DNA of 64,000 nt from Prevotellamassilia sp. (GCA_009775705.1 VSQE01000004.1:3838-67837); one strand, 5' to 3'. Shown: positions 10,063 through 21,327, numbered from the stretch's first letter. Notes: generated by a model from the letters alone, not told the origin. A program made the numbers and translations.

Positions 10063-11151
10063 TCATTTGCGGCCGAAAAGATGGAGCCGCAACCACGGGC
10101 TGATGCGCAACAGATTGGACGTCACAAGACAGAAACCGATCACGAGCAACGCCGCACCCACAGAGACAAGCGTATCGAAAACAAAATTTCCCCGATGATT
10201 GTTGAAGAAGGCTCCGACAGCCCCCACATGCGGGATAAACAGGTAATGGATCAGATAGATATCGAGCGTGCGCACCCCGATGTATTGCAATCCGCGCCCC
10301 AAGCGGGTGCGGCCGGTAAAGGCCTCTCCATAATGGCGGAAATACATGATGACAAGCGTCAGCAGCAGATACATGGAAGCCGTGCGTGGCAGATTGGCCC
10401 ACTGCAACCGGAGCGTATGCCATTTCAGGGTATCCATTACGCAGAAGAAGGCCACCGCCAGCACCACCGGAAGGAACCATCCGGAATCCATAAGCCGTTG
10501 GGCACGACCCCAGTAGCGACGCACGATATTCCCAAAAAGGAAAAAGTGAAAATACATCATCGTCTGCCCCAGACTGGAATACTGGAAAAAGGGAGCCTTG
10601 TGATAAGAGAACCACGCAGGCATATAAAGCGTAGCATAAACCGCCAGCGAGACGGCCCACAACATTGCCACCGGCCATACCCTGCGACGCGGCGACAGCC
10701 GGGCTTCAAAATAGGAGAAGACATAGTAGAGCGCAAACATCTGCAACAGCACCCACGTAAACCAGTAGCCGTATTTCGTTGGCGACTTCAGGGCATACAT
10801 CATTCCGGCCCCGAAGTCTGGAGCCAGCAATGCCAGCGCGACCAGCAGAAAAAGCACCGTGGGAAACACCTGGATGCGGAACTTCTTCCACAGCATTTCC
10901 GACAGGCTGCGCCCCGTCCACAGAAAAGAAGACTTATAGGCCAGAAAACCGCTGATGAAAAAGAACAGCGGCATCCGGAAAAGCACAAAGAACGACAAGG
11001 CCGCCGAGGTCTTGATGTTCTCTCCAAAACCGATAGTGCTCACATGGTTTGCCACGACCAGAATCATGGTGAAACCGCGCATGGCATCCAGCCATTCCAT
11101 GCGGGCCGGTTTGCGGACGGCCGCCCCCGTTTCGGGAAGATTTGTCTCCAT
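10063..11151 (-). CDS. acyltransferase family 3 membrane protein
   Basis: Start moved to the ATG at 11151 (METNLPE...); [19 protein letters not shown] motif; multiple TM segments. Confidence 0.75.
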   Translation of the reverse strand: METNLPETGAAVRKPARMEWLDAMRGFTMILVVANHVSTIGFGENIKTSAALSFFVLFRMPLFFFISGFLAYKSSFLWTGRSLSEMLWKKFRIQVFPTVLFLLVALALLAPDFGAGMMYALKSPTKYGYWFTWVLLQMFALYYVFSYFEARLSPRRRVWPVAMLWAVSLAVYATLYMPAWFSYHKAPFFQYSSLGQTMMYFHFFLFGNIVRRYWGRAQRLMDSGWFLPVVLAVAFFCVMDTLKWHTLRLQWANLPRTASMYLLLTLVIMYFRHYGEAFTGRTRLGRGLQYIGVRTLDIYLIHYLFIPHVGAVGAFFNNHRGNFVFDTLVSVGAALLVIGFCLVTSNLLRISPWLRLHLFGRK

Positions 11152-11231
11152 ACGAATTGTGCTGTTTTTCAAAATTCGCCGCAAAATTACGCATTTCGTG
11201 CCACACAATCCCCCAAATCGGAAAAAAGATG

Positions 11232-11239
11232 TAATTTTG
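11232..11239 (+). promoter_or_regulatory. candidate -7 box for pyrF
   Basis: TAATTTTG, 45 nt upstream of the ATG. Confidence 0.4.
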
Positions 11240-11283
11240 TTTCATCGTTACACAAACATATACAAACCCACATACGTCACATC

Positions 11284-12114
11284 ATGAACAGAGAACAACT
11301 TGTCCGCAACATCCGCCGGAAGCAGTCTTTCCTGTGCGTCGGGCTGGACACCGACCTTAAAAAAATCCCGGCCCATCTCTTGCAGGAGGAGGATCCCATC
11401 TTCGCCTTCAACCGCGCTATCATCGATGCCACAGCCCCTTATTGCGTGGCCTATAAGCCCAACCTGGCCTTCTACGAATGCTATGGTCTGAAAGGTTGGG
11501 AAGCTTTTGACAAAACCGTCCGGTACATCAAGGAGAACCACCCCGACCAGTTCATCATCGCCGATGCCAAACGCGGAGATATTGGCAACACGTCTGCCAT
11601 GTATGCCCGCTCTTTCTTCGAGGAGATGAACATCGACTCCCTCACCGTAGCTCCTTACATGGGAGAAGATTCCGTCACTCCTTTCCTGCAATACGAAGAC
11701 AAATGGGTCATCCTGCTTGCCCTGACAAGCAACAAGGGCTCGCACGACTTCCAGCTGGTGGAGGACAAAGACGGCCAACGGCTTTTCGAGAAAGTGCTGC
11801 TCACCTCGCAGCAATGGGCCGGGCCCGACAAGATGATGTATGTGGTGGGTGCCACACAAGGCCGCTTGTTTGAAGACATCCGGCGCATCGCTCCCCATCA
11901 CTTCCTGCTTGTTCCCGGAGTGGGCGCGCAGGGAGGCTCGTTAGAGGAGGTTTGCCATTACGGCATGACCGGGGACTGCGGCTTGCTGGTCAACTCCTCG
12001 CGCGGCATCATCTATGCGGACAATAGTGAGAATTTCGCCGGAACCGCTGCCGCAAAAGCACAGGAACTGCAACAGCAGATGGCCCGGCTACTGGCGAAGA
12101 AAACGGCAGAATAA
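11284..12114 (+). CDS. pyrF: orotidine 5'-phosphate decarboxylase (type 2)
   Basis: The real start is the ATG at 11284 ([24 protein letters not shown]). [11 protein letters not shown] motif. The long upstream extension of the ORF overlaps the acyltransferase gene on the other strand. Confidence 0.9.
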   Translation: MNREQLVRNIRRKQSFLCVGLDTDLKKIPAHLLQEEDPIFAFNRAIIDATAPYCVAYKPNLAFYECYGLKGWEAFDKTVRYIKENHPDQFIIADAKRGDIGNTSAMYARSFFEEMNIDSLTVAPYMGEDSVTPFLQYEDKWVILLALTSNKGSHDFQLVEDKDGQRLFEKVLLTSQQWAGPDKMMYVVGATQGRLFEDIRRIAPHHFLLVPGVGAQGGSLEEVCHYGMTGDCGLLVNSSRGIIYADNSENFAGTAAAKAQELQQQMARLLAKKTAE

Positions 12115-12138
12115 AAAAAGCACACCGTAAATTTCCGG

Positions 12139-12186
12139 TTTCCCGTAAGAGGAAGGAATAGCCGACATCCTCCCTCTTACGGGAAA
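12139..12186. terminator. 14-bp stem-loop between convergent pyrF and the DUF721 gene
   Basis: TTTCCCGTAAGAGG ... CCTCTTACGGGAAA; no clear T-run on either side. Confidence 0.45.
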
Positions 12187-12256
12187 TGCTATCATCCGGC
12201 TCCACTACCCTGAACTTGCTTACAGCAAACCGGTATAGGCCGATGATTTTTTCCTT

Positions 12257-12547
12257 TCAGAGAAACATGATGTCCCTTATGACATCCGCCCTCACACTGG
12301 CATTGAGCTGCGAAACCAGTTCGCGACGGCGCATCAGCAACTCACTCCGCACCACCGGTGAGGAAAGACGCACCACAAGCGTCTGGTTGCGGATAAAAAC
12401 CTCACGGGTATAAGCGGCGACAACACCACCCGCCACCTCAGGCCATGCCTGCACAAGGCGGTACTCATTGAGAGGGCTCTCCAGTCCCGCCTGGCGCATG
12501 AAGCGCAGCAGAACATCAGTCAGCGGTTCGGATTTTCTGCGTTCCAT
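12257..12547 (-). CDS. DUF721 (DciA-like) domain protein
   Basis: 96 aa immediately downstream of recF, the usual Bacteroidetes arrangement. Confidence 0.7.
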   Translation of the reverse strand: MERRKSEPLTDVLLRFMRQAGLESPLNEYRLVQAWPEVAGGVVAAYTREVFIRNQTLVVRLSSPVVRSELLMRRRELVSQLNASVRADVIRDIMFL

Positions 12548-12559
12548 ACGACACCGGGA

Positions 12560-13666
12560 TCAGCAATCCGGATAAATAACCCCATCCCTTACGGTAAAGA
12601 GTCTGTACTCCCGGCAGGTAGTCTCAAGAATAAGATCCAGATGGCGGCGGTTCGTGTCGGTAATGAAGATCTGCCCGAACTCGCTGCCTGAAACATAATC
12701 GACAATGCGGGCCACACGGCCGGAATCCAGTTTGTCGAAGATGTCGTCAAGTAGAAGAATGGGAGCGCGACAGGCTCCTTTCAACCTCAAAAACAGGAAC
12801 TGGGCCAGCTTCATGGCGATGAAATAGGTCTTGGTCTGCCCCTGCGACCCCTCGCGCCGGACCGGATAACCGTTAAAGTCGAGCTGAAGTTCATCGCGGT
12901 GTACACCGTGGAGCGTATGCCCCACTATGCGCTCACGTTCGCGCCATTCGGACAACAGAGGCTTCAGGTCGCCCCGAAAACCGTGAGACTCGTAGGTGAT
13001 GCCCACCTCCTCGTTCTCCGTATTACACAACTTATTATACAGTTCACGGAAAACGGGCACGAATTCCTCGACAAACTTGCACCGCTCCTCGAAAATCACG
13101 GCGGCATCCATCGCCATCATGTCCTCGATCACCTCAAACACCCCGCCGTCCGGCTCCGCTTCCTGCTTCAGCAGGGCATTGCGTTGCTTCAGGGTGCGCT
13201 CGTAACGGATAAGGCTCTCCAGATAGGCCGTATTGTATTGCGAGATGACCGCGTCCATGAACTTGCGCCGCTCCTCGCTCCCACCCTGCACCAAAGCGGA
13301 ATCGGATGGTGAGATCATCACCAGCGGAATAAGTCCCACATGTTCGGAAAAGCGCCGGTAGTCCTTATCATTGCGCCGCAGCCGCTTCCGTCCGCCACGC
13401 TGGACGGCCAGACTGACGGTATCGCTACCGCCCGCCTCATTGCGGTAAACACCTTTGATCATGAAAAAATCCGCTTCGTGACGAATATTGAGATAGTCAG
13501 ACGGCCCGCCGGCACTCTTGCAGAAAGACAGATAATGGATCGTGTCGAGCACATTTGTCTTCCCCATCCCGTTGGAACCGACAAAGCAGTTGACGTTAGG
13601 CGAGAACTGCAAATCCGCCTGCTCAATATTCTTATAATTTACTATGGAGATTTCTTCAAGTATCAT
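12560..13666 (-). CDS. recF: DNA replication and repair protein RecF
   Basis: 368 aa; Walker A GSNGMGKTNVLD; SMC-like signature region and Walker B LLLDD. Confidence 0.92.
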   Translation of the reverse strand: MILEEISIVNYKNIEQADLQFSPNVNCFVGSNGMGKTNVLDTIHYLSFCKSAGGPSDYLNIRHEADFFMIKGVYRNEAGGSDTVSLAVQRGGRKRLRRNDKDYRRFSEHVGLIPLVMISPSDSALVQGGSEERRKFMDAVISQYNTAYLESLIRYERTLKQRNALLKQEAEPDGGVFEVIEDMMAMDAAVIFEERCKFVEEFVPVFRELYNKLCNTENEEVGITYESHGFRGDLKPLLSEWRERERIVGHTLHGVHRDELQLDFNGYPVRREGSQGQTKTYFIAMKLAQFLFLRLKGACRAPILLLDDIFDKLDSGRVARIVDYVSGSEFGQIFITDTNRRHLDLILETTCREYRLFTVRDGVIYPDC

Positions 13667-13694
13667 GAAAAAACTGTTTTTTTATTTCGAAAGA

Positions 13695-13702
13695 CAAAAA
13701 TA
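13695..13702 (-). promoter_or_regulatory. candidate -7 box for recF
   Basis: Minus strand TATTTTTG, 29 nt upstream of the recF ATG. Confidence 0.4.
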
Positions 13703-13797
13703 CACGTTCCCCCCGTCTCTCCCAATAAAAAAAGAACTAAAAATACCCGCCTTCCAAAAAAAAGCCCAAAATACTTGACTAATATTTTGAAAAATAG

Positions 13798-13805
13798 TAT
13801 TTTTG
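13798..13805 (+). promoter_or_regulatory. candidate -7 box for the TPR gene
   Basis: TATTTTTG, ~40 nt upstream of the ATG at 13844. Confidence 0.4.
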
Positions 13806-13843
13806 CGCTGCCAAAACTGAAAACAAAAAGAAACAAAATAATT

Positions 13844-14557
13844 ATGACGCAACAAAAACAGACTCAGTCTCTGGATGTAAACGACGCTCTGAGCCAGTCG
13901 GAAGCATTCATTATCAAGTACAAGAAGGCCGTCATCGCCGGTGCCGTGGCAATAGTAGTGATCGTGGGCGGTTTCTTTGCCCTGAAATACGGCTACTTCG
14001 AACCGCGCGAAGAGAAAGCACAGAGCCTGCTGACCGCCGGCCAGCAATACCTGATGCAAGGAGATTACGAAAAGGCGCTGAAAGGCGATGGAAAGACTTT
14101 CCCCGGCTATGTGAAGATCGCGGGAGAATACAGTTTCACCGATGCCGCCAACGCAGCCAAGATGTATGCAGGTCTCTGCTACGCCAAATCGGGCAAGACC
14201 AAGGAAGCCATCAAATATCTGGAAGACTTCTCACCGCGCGGTGACCAGTCGCTTTCGCCTCAGGCTGTTTTCGCGCTGGCCAACTGCTATGCATCGGACA
14301 ACCAGACCGACAAGGCCATCGAGACATTCAAGAAAGCCGCAGATCTGGCTGACAATCCTATTCTGAGCCCCATCTCCCTGCTCGAAGCCGGAAAACTGCT
14401 GGAGAGCCAGAAGAAAAACGAAGAGGCCCTGAAACTCTACACCCGCATCCGTGACGAATATCCGACAAGCGCCATGTCCGCTCCCCAGCCCGCACAGAAC
14501 GGAGCCATCATGTCACCGGACATCGACCGCTACATAGAACGCGTATCGGGAAAATAA
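13844..14557 (+). CDS. membrane-anchored tetratricopeptide-repeat protein (YfgM-like)
   Basis: Start at the internal ATG (MTQQKQTQS...); one N-terminal TM segment (AVIAGAVAIVVIVGGFFAL); TPR-like helices. Confidence 0.65.
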   Translation: MTQQKQTQSLDVNDALSQSEAFIIKYKKAVIAGAVAIVVIVGGFFALKYGYFEPREEKAQSLLTAGQQYLMQGDYEKALKGDGKTFPGYVKIAGEYSFTDAANAAKMYAGLCYAKSGKTKEAIKYLEDFSPRGDQSLSPQAVFALANCYASDNQTDKAIETFKKAADLADNPILSPISLLEAGKLLESQKKNEEALKLYTRIRDEYPTSAMSAPQPAQNGAIMSPDIDRYIERVSGK

Positions 14558-14581
14558 AGCATAACAGAAACAGCAATTATA

Positions 14582-14618
14582 AAAGGTTGGGACCTGCACA
14601 AAGGATTTCCCAACCTTT
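14582..14618 (+). terminator. stem-loop after the TPR gene
   Basis: 11-bp stem AAAGGTTGGGA/TCCCAACCTTT; weak T-tail. Confidence 0.4.
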
Positions 14619-14650
14619 GACATTAAAATAAAACTTACTGAAAAAAAGAT

Positions 14651-15148
14651 ATGTCCTCCAAATCATTCGCCCTGAACGAAAATACCTGCGGCACTCCCGT
14701 ACCAGACGCCACCGACATGCGCTTCGGCATTGTTGTCTGCGAATGGAACAGCCACATCACCGAAAAACTCCTTGCCGCCGCCGTCGAGACACTGAAAGAG
14801 AACGGCGTGAGCGAAACCAACATCACGGTACGTCACGTCCCCGGTAGTTTTGAACTCATATACGGCTGTTCCCAACTGGCCCGTTTCGGGCTGGTTGACG
14901 GAATCATCGCCATCGGATGCGTCATACGCGGCGACACCCCGCACTTCGACTACATCTGCCAAGGAACTACACAAGGACTGGCGGAACTGAATGCCAGCGG
15001 CACCAAACCCGTTGTCTATGGCCTGCTTACCGTTAACAGCGAAGAACAGGCGGAAGACCGCGCCGGAGGGAAATTAGGAAACAAAGGCAGCGAATTTGCC
15101 CTCACGGCAATAAAAATGGTGGATTACGCTTGGCAACTCCAAAAATAA
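14651..15148 (+). CDS. ribH: 6,7-dimethyl-8-ribityllumazine synthase
   Basis: 165 aa; [18 protein letters not shown] and [14 protein letters not shown] motifs. Confidence 0.92.
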   Translation: MSSKSFALNENTCGTPVPDATDMRFGIVVCEWNSHITEKLLAAAVETLKENGVSETNITVRHVPGSFELIYGCSQLARFGLVDGIIAIGCVIRGDTPHFDYICQGTTQGLAELNASGTKPVVYGLLTVNSEEQAEDRAGGKLGNKGSEFALTAIKMVDYAWQLQK

Positions 15149-15182
15149 TTCATACCTTTGCAGCGTATTACTGAAATACAGG

Positions 15183-15265
15183 GGGCAAATACCAGAGTGG
15201 CCAAATGGGGCAGACTGTAAATCTGCTGGCTTACGCCTTCGGTGGTTCGAATCCATCTTTGCCCA
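15183..15265 (+). tRNA. tRNA-Tyr (anticodon GTA), class II with long variable arm
   Basis: Acceptor GGGCAAA/TTTGCCC; anticodon stem GCAGA/TCTGC with loop CTGTAAA; T-arm GGTGG-TTCGAAT-CCATC; discriminator A followed by CC. Confidence 0.9.
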
Positions 15266-15274
15266 CCTCACATC

Positions 15275-15316
15275 AAGAGAGCAAACCGTATCATCCGGTT
15301 TGCTCTCTTTCTCTTT
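15275..15316 (+). terminator. intrinsic terminator after tRNA-Tyr
   Basis: 13-bp stem AGAGAGCAAACCG/CGGTTTGCTCTCT followed by a T-rich tail. Confidence 0.65.
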
Positions 15317-15334
15317 CCAATAGAAAAACTTTTG

Positions 15335-15342
15335 TATCTTTG
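15335..15342 (+). promoter_or_regulatory. candidate -7 box for the helicase-nuclease operon
   Basis: TATCTTTG, 35 nt upstream of the ATG at 15377. Confidence 0.4.
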
Positions 15343-15376
15343 CCTTCAAAAAAGAAACAGGAAAAGCACATAACAC

Positions 15377-18300
15377 ATGCAGGGGAATCTGACCGTTTAC
15401 AAAGCTTCCGCCGGATCGGGGAAAACATTTACACTGACAGCGGAATACATCGCTCTGCTGCTCTCGGAAGACAACGGCGCCTTCCGGCACATTCTGGCCG
15501 TCACCTTCACCAACAAGGCCACGGCCGAGATGAAGGAACGCATCCTACAGAAACTCTGGGATCTGTCGCAGCCGGAGACAGATGGCACAACAGACGGATT
15601 TATGGATGCCGTCCTACAACGCACACCGGCCCTGACAGTTGAAGAAGTAAGAAAAAGAGCGGCTGATGCCATACGGGCTATCCTGCACGACTACGATGAT
15701 TTCAAGGTGGAAACCATCGACTCCTTTTTCCAATCCCTGCTTTCCGGCCTGTCCCGCGAATTGGGGCTTTCAGCCAGCTTCAAGGTAGACATTGACGACA
15801 AGACCGTAATAGACAACGCCGTAGACAGACTCATGAACTCTCTCGCAGACAACCCTTCTGTAAGAGCATGGGTGCTGGGCTATATCCAGGAACGCATTGA
15901 CGAGAACAAAAGATGGGATGTCTCCTTCGAAATAAAAAAACTGGCACGCGACATCCTGAAGGAGCGTTTCCAGACCAACGAAGAAAGCCTGCGGCAGGTG
16001 CTGGACGATAGCCAACGGCTGAACGAATACAGAAACAAGCTGCGGAATCTGACGGAAGAAGCCACGGACTATATGGTCAACGCCGCCGAACAGCTGGATG
16101 ACACTGTCTGCGAAAGAGCCGGCGGATATGAAACCATCGCATACGGTAAAGTGCGCCTTCTGCCATACGTCAGAAGCATTCTGGAAAGGAATCCCAAAGA
16201 ACCGTCCGATTCCATCATCAAATATATGGAATCTACCGAAAGCTGGCTCAAAAAGGCCGATGCTAAAAACGGTGCCCGCATCGCACTGGCCGAAGAAATG
16301 CAGGAATATCTGCGTGTACTGGAAGACTTGCGCCATCGGGGATGCCAAATCATCAACAGTTGCGCCCTGAGCCTGCGGCTGCTCAACCCGCTACGGCTGC
16401 TCAACGAGATTAACCGGACCATCACGGAAATCAACCGGGAGAACAACCGTTTCATGCTGGCCAGGACCCCGCTGCTCTTTGACCGAATCACAAACAAAGA
16501 AGATGCCTCATTCGTATTCGAGAAAACCGGTACCCGCTTCCGGCATATCATGATCGACGAATTTCAGGACACCTCGACCTTGCAATGGAGCAACCTGAGA
16601 AAGTTGCTGGTGGAAAACATGTCGGCCGGCAACAGCTGTCTGCTGGTGGGCGACATCAAACAGAGTATTTACCGTTTCAGAGGGGGAGACTGGAGCATTC
16701 TGGGAAATATCGGGAATGCTTTCCCGAACAACCGGCCGGTGCTGCGCAATCTGGACACCAATTACCGGAGCACGGACAACATCATTGCATTCAATAACGA
16801 TTTTTTCCCCTCCGCCGCACGGATTCTGGACGAGATTGAAAATGACGACTCCATATATAATATATATGCCGATGTCCTGCAACAACCCGCAGGAAAAGCG
16901 GGAGGCTACGTAAAGGTCACGGGCATGGCCGCCTCGGAAGATTCACCGGAACGGACGATGGAAGCGGACCTGGCGGACAGCATCGAGCAGTTGCATCGTG
17001 ACGGACTGCCTTACAACAAAATGGCTATTCTGGTGCGCTACAATTCTTCCGCCAGAAAACTGCTTGACGTTTTCGCGGAATCCTTTCCCGACATCCCGCT
17101 GATTTCGGACGAGGCATTTTTCCTCTCCTCGTCAAGAGGCATACAGATGATTATCCATGCCCTGCGCTATCTGAATGACAGAAAAGACACCATCGCACGC
17201 ACCTATGTCATCCGCCGTTATAGCCGCGACATCCTGCACAAGGAACTTTCCTGGGAAGATATCATTACGGGAGAAGACCGGGATCTGTTGCCTGAAGCCT
17301 TCACGCAGAAGCGTGAAACACTGGCCGGCACCCCGCTCTACGAACTCTGCCTGAAACTGATGAGAATCTTCCAGCTGGAAGAACTGCCGGGAGCTTCGCC
17401 TTTCCTTTTTTCCTTTATGGACCAGCTACTGGAATATTTGGAGGAGACACCTTCGGACATAACGGAATTCCTGGCATATTGGGAGGAAACACTCTCCCGT
17501 AAAGCCATTCCGGCCGAAGCCGCTGACGGTGTCCGGATACTGACCATTCATAAATCGAAAGGACTGGCCTTCCATACCGTCCTGCTCCCCTACTGCGACT
17601 GGCCGGTAGAAAAAGACAACAGAGACGACAAGCTATGGTGCGAGCCGGACAGAGCTCCTTACAACGAAATTCCGTTGCTCCCGATCCCCCTCATTTCCGG
17701 CAAATCCATCCGACAATCCATCTATGCCGAAGACTACGGCAAAGAGCACCGGCAACGCCGCATCGAGAATCTGAATCTGCTGTACGTTGCCTTCACACGG
17801 GCAAAGGAAAATCTGCTGGTCTGGTACCGACAGGATGACAGAAGCACGTCAGTACAGACCATCGGCGACCTGATCCGCTCCGTGCTCCAAGCCGAGCCTG
17901 CCGATACGGAGGAAGAAACAGACAGCATCATCTATGAAAAAGGTGTTCCCTCCATACCCGCCGAAACTGAACCGTTGTCCGATAAAAAAGAATGCCGGAA
18001 TCCCCTCGAAATTAATCCGATCCCCGAGACCACCCGGTTGCAGTTGTTTGAGAACCGCATAAAATTCCAGCAGTCAAACCAGTCCAGAGCCTTCCTCAAT
18101 GACGGAACGGAAATGTCTGACAATGCAGAATATATTGTCCGCGGCAAACTGCTTCACCGTCTGCTTTCCACCATCCGGACCATTGACGATATTGACGACG
18201 CCATCCGGGAAATGGCAACACTGGGCGTACTCACGCACCAAACGGAACCGGACAGTCTGAAAAAGTTCATTCTGAAACGTCTGGAAAGTCCGATGACCTC

Positions 18301-18580
18301 CGCCTGGTTCGACGGTTCCTGGGAACTGTACAATGAATGCAGCATCCTCTCTCGCAATCCCGACGGAACGCTTCTGAAGAAACGGCCGGACCGGGTAATG
18401 ACCCGCAACGGGAAAACCGTTGTCGTCGATTTCAAATTCGGAAATCCCAAACCGGAATATCCGCAACAGGTGAGAGAATACATGGCTCTGCTCAAAAAAA
18501 TGGGCCATAAGGACATTCAGGGATTCATCTGGTACATGTACACCGGTAAACTGGAAAACGTGGCTCCGCCTCAATCTTAA
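15377..18580 (+). CDS. UvrD/Rep-type helicase with C-terminal RecB-type nuclease (AddA-like)
   Basis: Walker A ASAGSGKTF; DEFQDTS; VGDIKQSIYRFRGGD; C-terminal RPDRVM...VVDFKFG nuclease motif. Confidence 0.85.
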   Translation: MQGNLTVYKASAGSGKTFTLTAEYIALLLSEDNGAFRHILAVTFTNKATAEMKERILQKLWDLSQPETDGTTDGFMDAVLQRTPALTVEEVRKRAADAIRAILHDYDDFKVETIDSFFQSLLSGLSRELGLSASFKVDIDDKTVIDNAVDRLMNSLADNPSVRAWVLGYIQERIDENKRWDVSFEIKKLARDILKERFQTNEESLRQVLDDSQRLNEYRNKLRNLTEEATDYMVNAAEQLDDTVCERAGGYETIAYGKVRLLPYVRSILERNPKEPSDSIIKYMESTESWLKKADAKNGARIALAEEMQEYLRVLEDLRHRGCQIINSCALSLRLLNPLRLLNEINRTITEINRENNRFMLARTPLLFDRITNKEDASFVFEKTGTRFRHIMIDEFQDTSTLQWSNLRKLLVENMSAGNSCLLVGDIKQSIYRFRGGDWSILGNIGNAFPNNRPVLRNLDTNYRSTDNIIAFNNDFFPSAARILDEIENDDSIYNIYADVLQQPAGKAGGYVKVTGMAASEDSPERTMEADLADSIEQLHRDGLPYNKMAILVRYNSSARKLLDVFAESFPDIPLISDEAFFLSSSRGIQMIIHALRYLNDRKDTIARTYVIRRYSRDILHKELSWEDIITGEDRDLLPEAFTQKRETLAGTPLYELCLKLMRIFQLEELPGASPFLFSFMDQLLEYLEETPSDITEFLAYWEETLSRKAIPAEAADGVRILTIHKSKGLAFHTVLLPYCDWPVEKDNRDDKLWCEPDRAPYNEIPLLPIPLISGKSIRQSIYAEDYGKEHRQRRIENLNLLYVAFTRAKENLLVWYRQDDRSTSVQTIGDLIRSVLQAEPADTEEETDSIIYEKGVPSIPAETEPLSDKKECRNPLEINPIPETTRLQLFENRIKFQQSNQSRAFLNDGTEMSDNAEYIVRGKLLHRLLSTIRTIDDIDDAIREMATLGVLTHQTEPDSLKKFILKRLESPMTSAWFDGSWELYNECSILSRNPDGTLLKKRPDRVMTRNGKTVVVDFKFGNPKPEYPQQVREYMALLKKMGHKDIQGFIWYMYTGKLENVAPPQS

Positions 18581-18593
18581 AAACTCAAAGAGA

Positions 18594-21239
18594 ATGACAC
18601 CTTTTCTGAAACACGTAGCTAACGATTTACGAAAAAAATTCGGAAACGACCTGAGCCGCATCACACTCATCTTTCCCAACAAACGGGCCGGACTTTTCTT
18701 TGACGAATACCTGACCGGTACAGATGAAGAGAAACCCGTCTGGGCTCCGAAGTATCAGACGATCAACGAGCTTTTCAGTTCGCTCTCCTCCTTAAAAATA
18801 GCCGATGCTATTGATTCTATATGCCGGATATACGACCTGTACACCGAACTCACGGAAAACGATGAGACACTGGACTTTTTTTACGGCTGGGGAGAAAAAC
18901 TGCTGGCCGATTTCGATGATGTGGACAAGAACATGGCCGACGTGGCACGATTGTTCAGGAATCTGCAAGAGATAAAGCAACTGGAGGACTACGAGTTTGT
19001 CAGCGAAGAACAGGAACAGGTACTCAAAGATTTCTTCCAGGATTTTTCTTTACAGGAAAACTCGCGCATCCGAAAAAAATTTCTGGAGCTGTGGAACCAG
19101 TTGCTTCCCATCTACCGGCAACTCAACGAACGGCTAAAAGCCGACGGACTGGCCTACGAAGGAGCGCTTTTCCGAGAGGTGACAGAGAATCTGGAAGCAG
19201 GAACCATCCGGTTGCCCTCTCAAACGGACCGCTATGTACTGGTAGGGTTCAATGTGCTCACAAAAGTGGAGGAACGCCTGTTCACCTTCTTGCAGGAACA
19301 GAAAAAAGCCCTCTTCTATTGGGACTATGATGTCTACTACGTCCGGGAATATTCTTTCGCAGAAGCGGGGACGTTTCTACGCGAGAATCTGAGAAAATTC
19401 CCCAATGAACTGTCCGGAGAATATTTTGACAACCTCCGTACACCCAAAGACATTGAATTCGTAGAGGCCCCGACGGAAAACGCACAGGTAAGCACGATAG
19501 CCTCATGGTTAGACAAGCATCTGGCAAACGACGAGAAACGCACAGCCATTGTTCTCTGCAACGAAAACCTGCTACAATCCGTATTGCATGCCCTGCCTTC
19601 CCGTCTCAAGGAAGTGAACATCACCAAAGGTTTTCCGCTCACCCACACTCCGGTATTCTCTCTGGTACGGAATTTCAGCACCGGCAAGAACTCCTCCGTC
19701 TCTTTACAGGATTATCTTGAAGAACTTGCCGCCGCCATCAGCCGGGCGGCTCGGCAAGACGAAGAGCAAAACACGGCAGGATACGACTCCATAGAAAAGA
19801 CTCTCTATTCGGAAGCCTGCTTCCAGGCCTATACCATCACCAACCGCTTCCTGAATCTGCTCACCTCAGGAAGACTGCACGGCATCTCACTCGTCACGCT
19901 CCAACGTCTCATGACACAAGTGATGAGACAGACCTCCATACCGTTCCACGGAGAACCTGCCGTGGGACTGCAAATCATGGGAATGCTCGAAACCAGAAAC
20001 CTGGACTTCGACCACCTGCTCATGCTCTCGGTGAACGAAGGAAACCTGCCCCGGAAAGCAACGGAAAACTCCATCATCCCCTATGCTCTGCGCCGCGAGT
20101 TCGGCCTGAACACCTCTCGGCAAAATACCGCCATCTACGCCTACCATTTCTATCGGCTTATCCAGCGGGCCAGCCATATCCGAATGGTATACAACAACAA
20201 CTCCAACGGTATTTCCAAAGGAGAGAAATCCCGTTTCATGACCCAGCTGCAAGTAGAGACGGACTTGCCCGTCCGCCATCTGTCGCTGCTCAGTCCGCCC
20301 GAGATAATGTCCGCCTCCCTGTCGGAAATTCCCAAACCGGACAATCTGCCCCAACTGTTGCAGACGCTTTCCCCTTCGGCCATAAACACCTATCTGCGTT
20401 GTCAGCTGCAATTCTATTTCCAACGAGTCGCCCGCCTCAAAGAACCGGATCCCCCCGCCGATGTTATCGAACCGAACACATTCGGCACCCTGTTCCATCA
20501 TGCCGCCGAACTGATATACAACGAGAAACTGACAGAACGCAACGGACTTATCACGGCCGAAACCCTGCAACGTTTTCTGGAAGATGGCGGGGAGGCTCTA
20601 CTGACCCAATACGTACGCCGGTCATTCGAGGACAACGGTATCGAACGGAATATCATCATCGAAGAGGTGGTACGCTCCTACCTGCGGCAGCTCATCCGCC
20701 ACGACCTGACACTCACTCCCTTCCAGGTAGTGGCCACTGAGAAAGACACAGAACTGCCGCTCGCCGTTCCCTATCGCTCCGGAAATGTCACCGTCCGGCT
20801 GAAAGGAAACATAGACCGCCTGGACCTGGTCAACCTCAACGGACTGACCAGCCTGCGCGTCGTGGACTATAAGACCGGCGGCAATCCGGAAAGCGCCAAA
20901 GACATGGACCAGTTGTTCCGGCCTTCCGAGAAACATCCGCACTACATTCTCCAGACGTTCCTCTATTCCCTCACCCTCTGCGGAAAAACCAGTCACCCCA
21001 TCGTGCCGGCCCTGTTCTTCGTACACAAAGCCGCGGAAAAAGATTATAGCCCCTACATCGAACTGGGAGAACGGAAAGAGAAGACCACTGTCCTCCATTT
21101 TCAGGAGCTGGCCGGGGAGTTCAAGGAGAAAGTCACACAGCTGATTACCGAAATTCTGGACCCGGAACGTCCTTTCCTCCCCACCGAGACCCAACGGTTC
21201 TGCACCACCTGCCCTTTTGCCGATCTTTGCAGAAGATAG
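18594..21239 (+). CDS. PD-(D/E)XK nuclease family protein (AddB-like partner)
   Basis: 881 aa; GNIDRLD...VVDYKTGG nuclease motif; terminal Cys cluster CTTCPFADLC; 13 nt after the helicase gene. Confidence 0.75.
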   Translation: MTPFLKHVANDLRKKFGNDLSRITLIFPNKRAGLFFDEYLTGTDEEKPVWAPKYQTINELFSSLSSLKIADAIDSICRIYDLYTELTENDETLDFFYGWGEKLLADFDDVDKNMADVARLFRNLQEIKQLEDYEFVSEEQEQVLKDFFQDFSLQENSRIRKKFLELWNQLLPIYRQLNERLKADGLAYEGALFREVTENLEAGTIRLPSQTDRYVLVGFNVLTKVEERLFTFLQEQKKALFYWDYDVYYVREYSFAEAGTFLRENLRKFPNELSGEYFDNLRTPKDIEFVEAPTENAQVSTIASWLDKHLANDEKRTAIVLCNENLLQSVLHALPSRLKEVNITKGFPLTHTPVFSLVRNFSTGKNSSVSLQDYLEELAAAISRAARQDEEQNTAGYDSIEKTLYSEACFQAYTITNRFLNLLTSGRLHGISLVTLQRLMTQVMRQTSIPFHGEPAVGLQIMGMLETRNLDFDHLLMLSVNEGNLPRKATENSIIPYALRREFGLNTSRQNTAIYAYHFYRLIQRASHIRMVYNNNSNGISKGEKSRFMTQLQVETDLPVRHLSLLSPPEIMSASLSEIPKPDNLPQLLQTLSPSAINTYLRCQLQFYFQRVARLKEPDPPADVIEPNTFGTLFHHAAELIYNEKLTERNGLITAETLQRFLEDGGEALLTQYVRRSFEDNGIERNIIIEEVVRSYLRQLIRHDLTLTPFQVVATEKDTELPLAVPYRSGNVTVRLKGNIDRLDLVNLNGLTSLRVVDYKTGGNPESAKDMDQLFRPSEKHPHYILQTFLYSLTLCGKTSHPIVPALFFVHKAAEKDYSPYIELGERKEKTTVLHFQELAGEFKEKVTQLITEILDPERPFLPTETQRFCTTCPFADLCRR

Positions 21240-21327
21240 GCTGCGTCTCAGTAATTTGAAACAAATTTCATTACATTCGACTTGCACTATCCAGAACAAC
21301 GATAACCCCAAAACCATATCCGCCGCC

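Noticed and set aside
9979-11283. Long N-terminal extension of the pyrF ORF (711 aa in the track)
   Set aside because: The extension overlaps the acyltransferase gene on the opposite strand and has biased Arg/His/Gln composition. PyrF homology begins at the ATG at 11284, which has a -7 box upstream.
14558-14650. FMN riboswitch upstream of ribH
   Set aside because: The 93-nt gap contains only a simple 11-bp hairpin. It is too short for an FMN aptamer and lacks its conserved elements.
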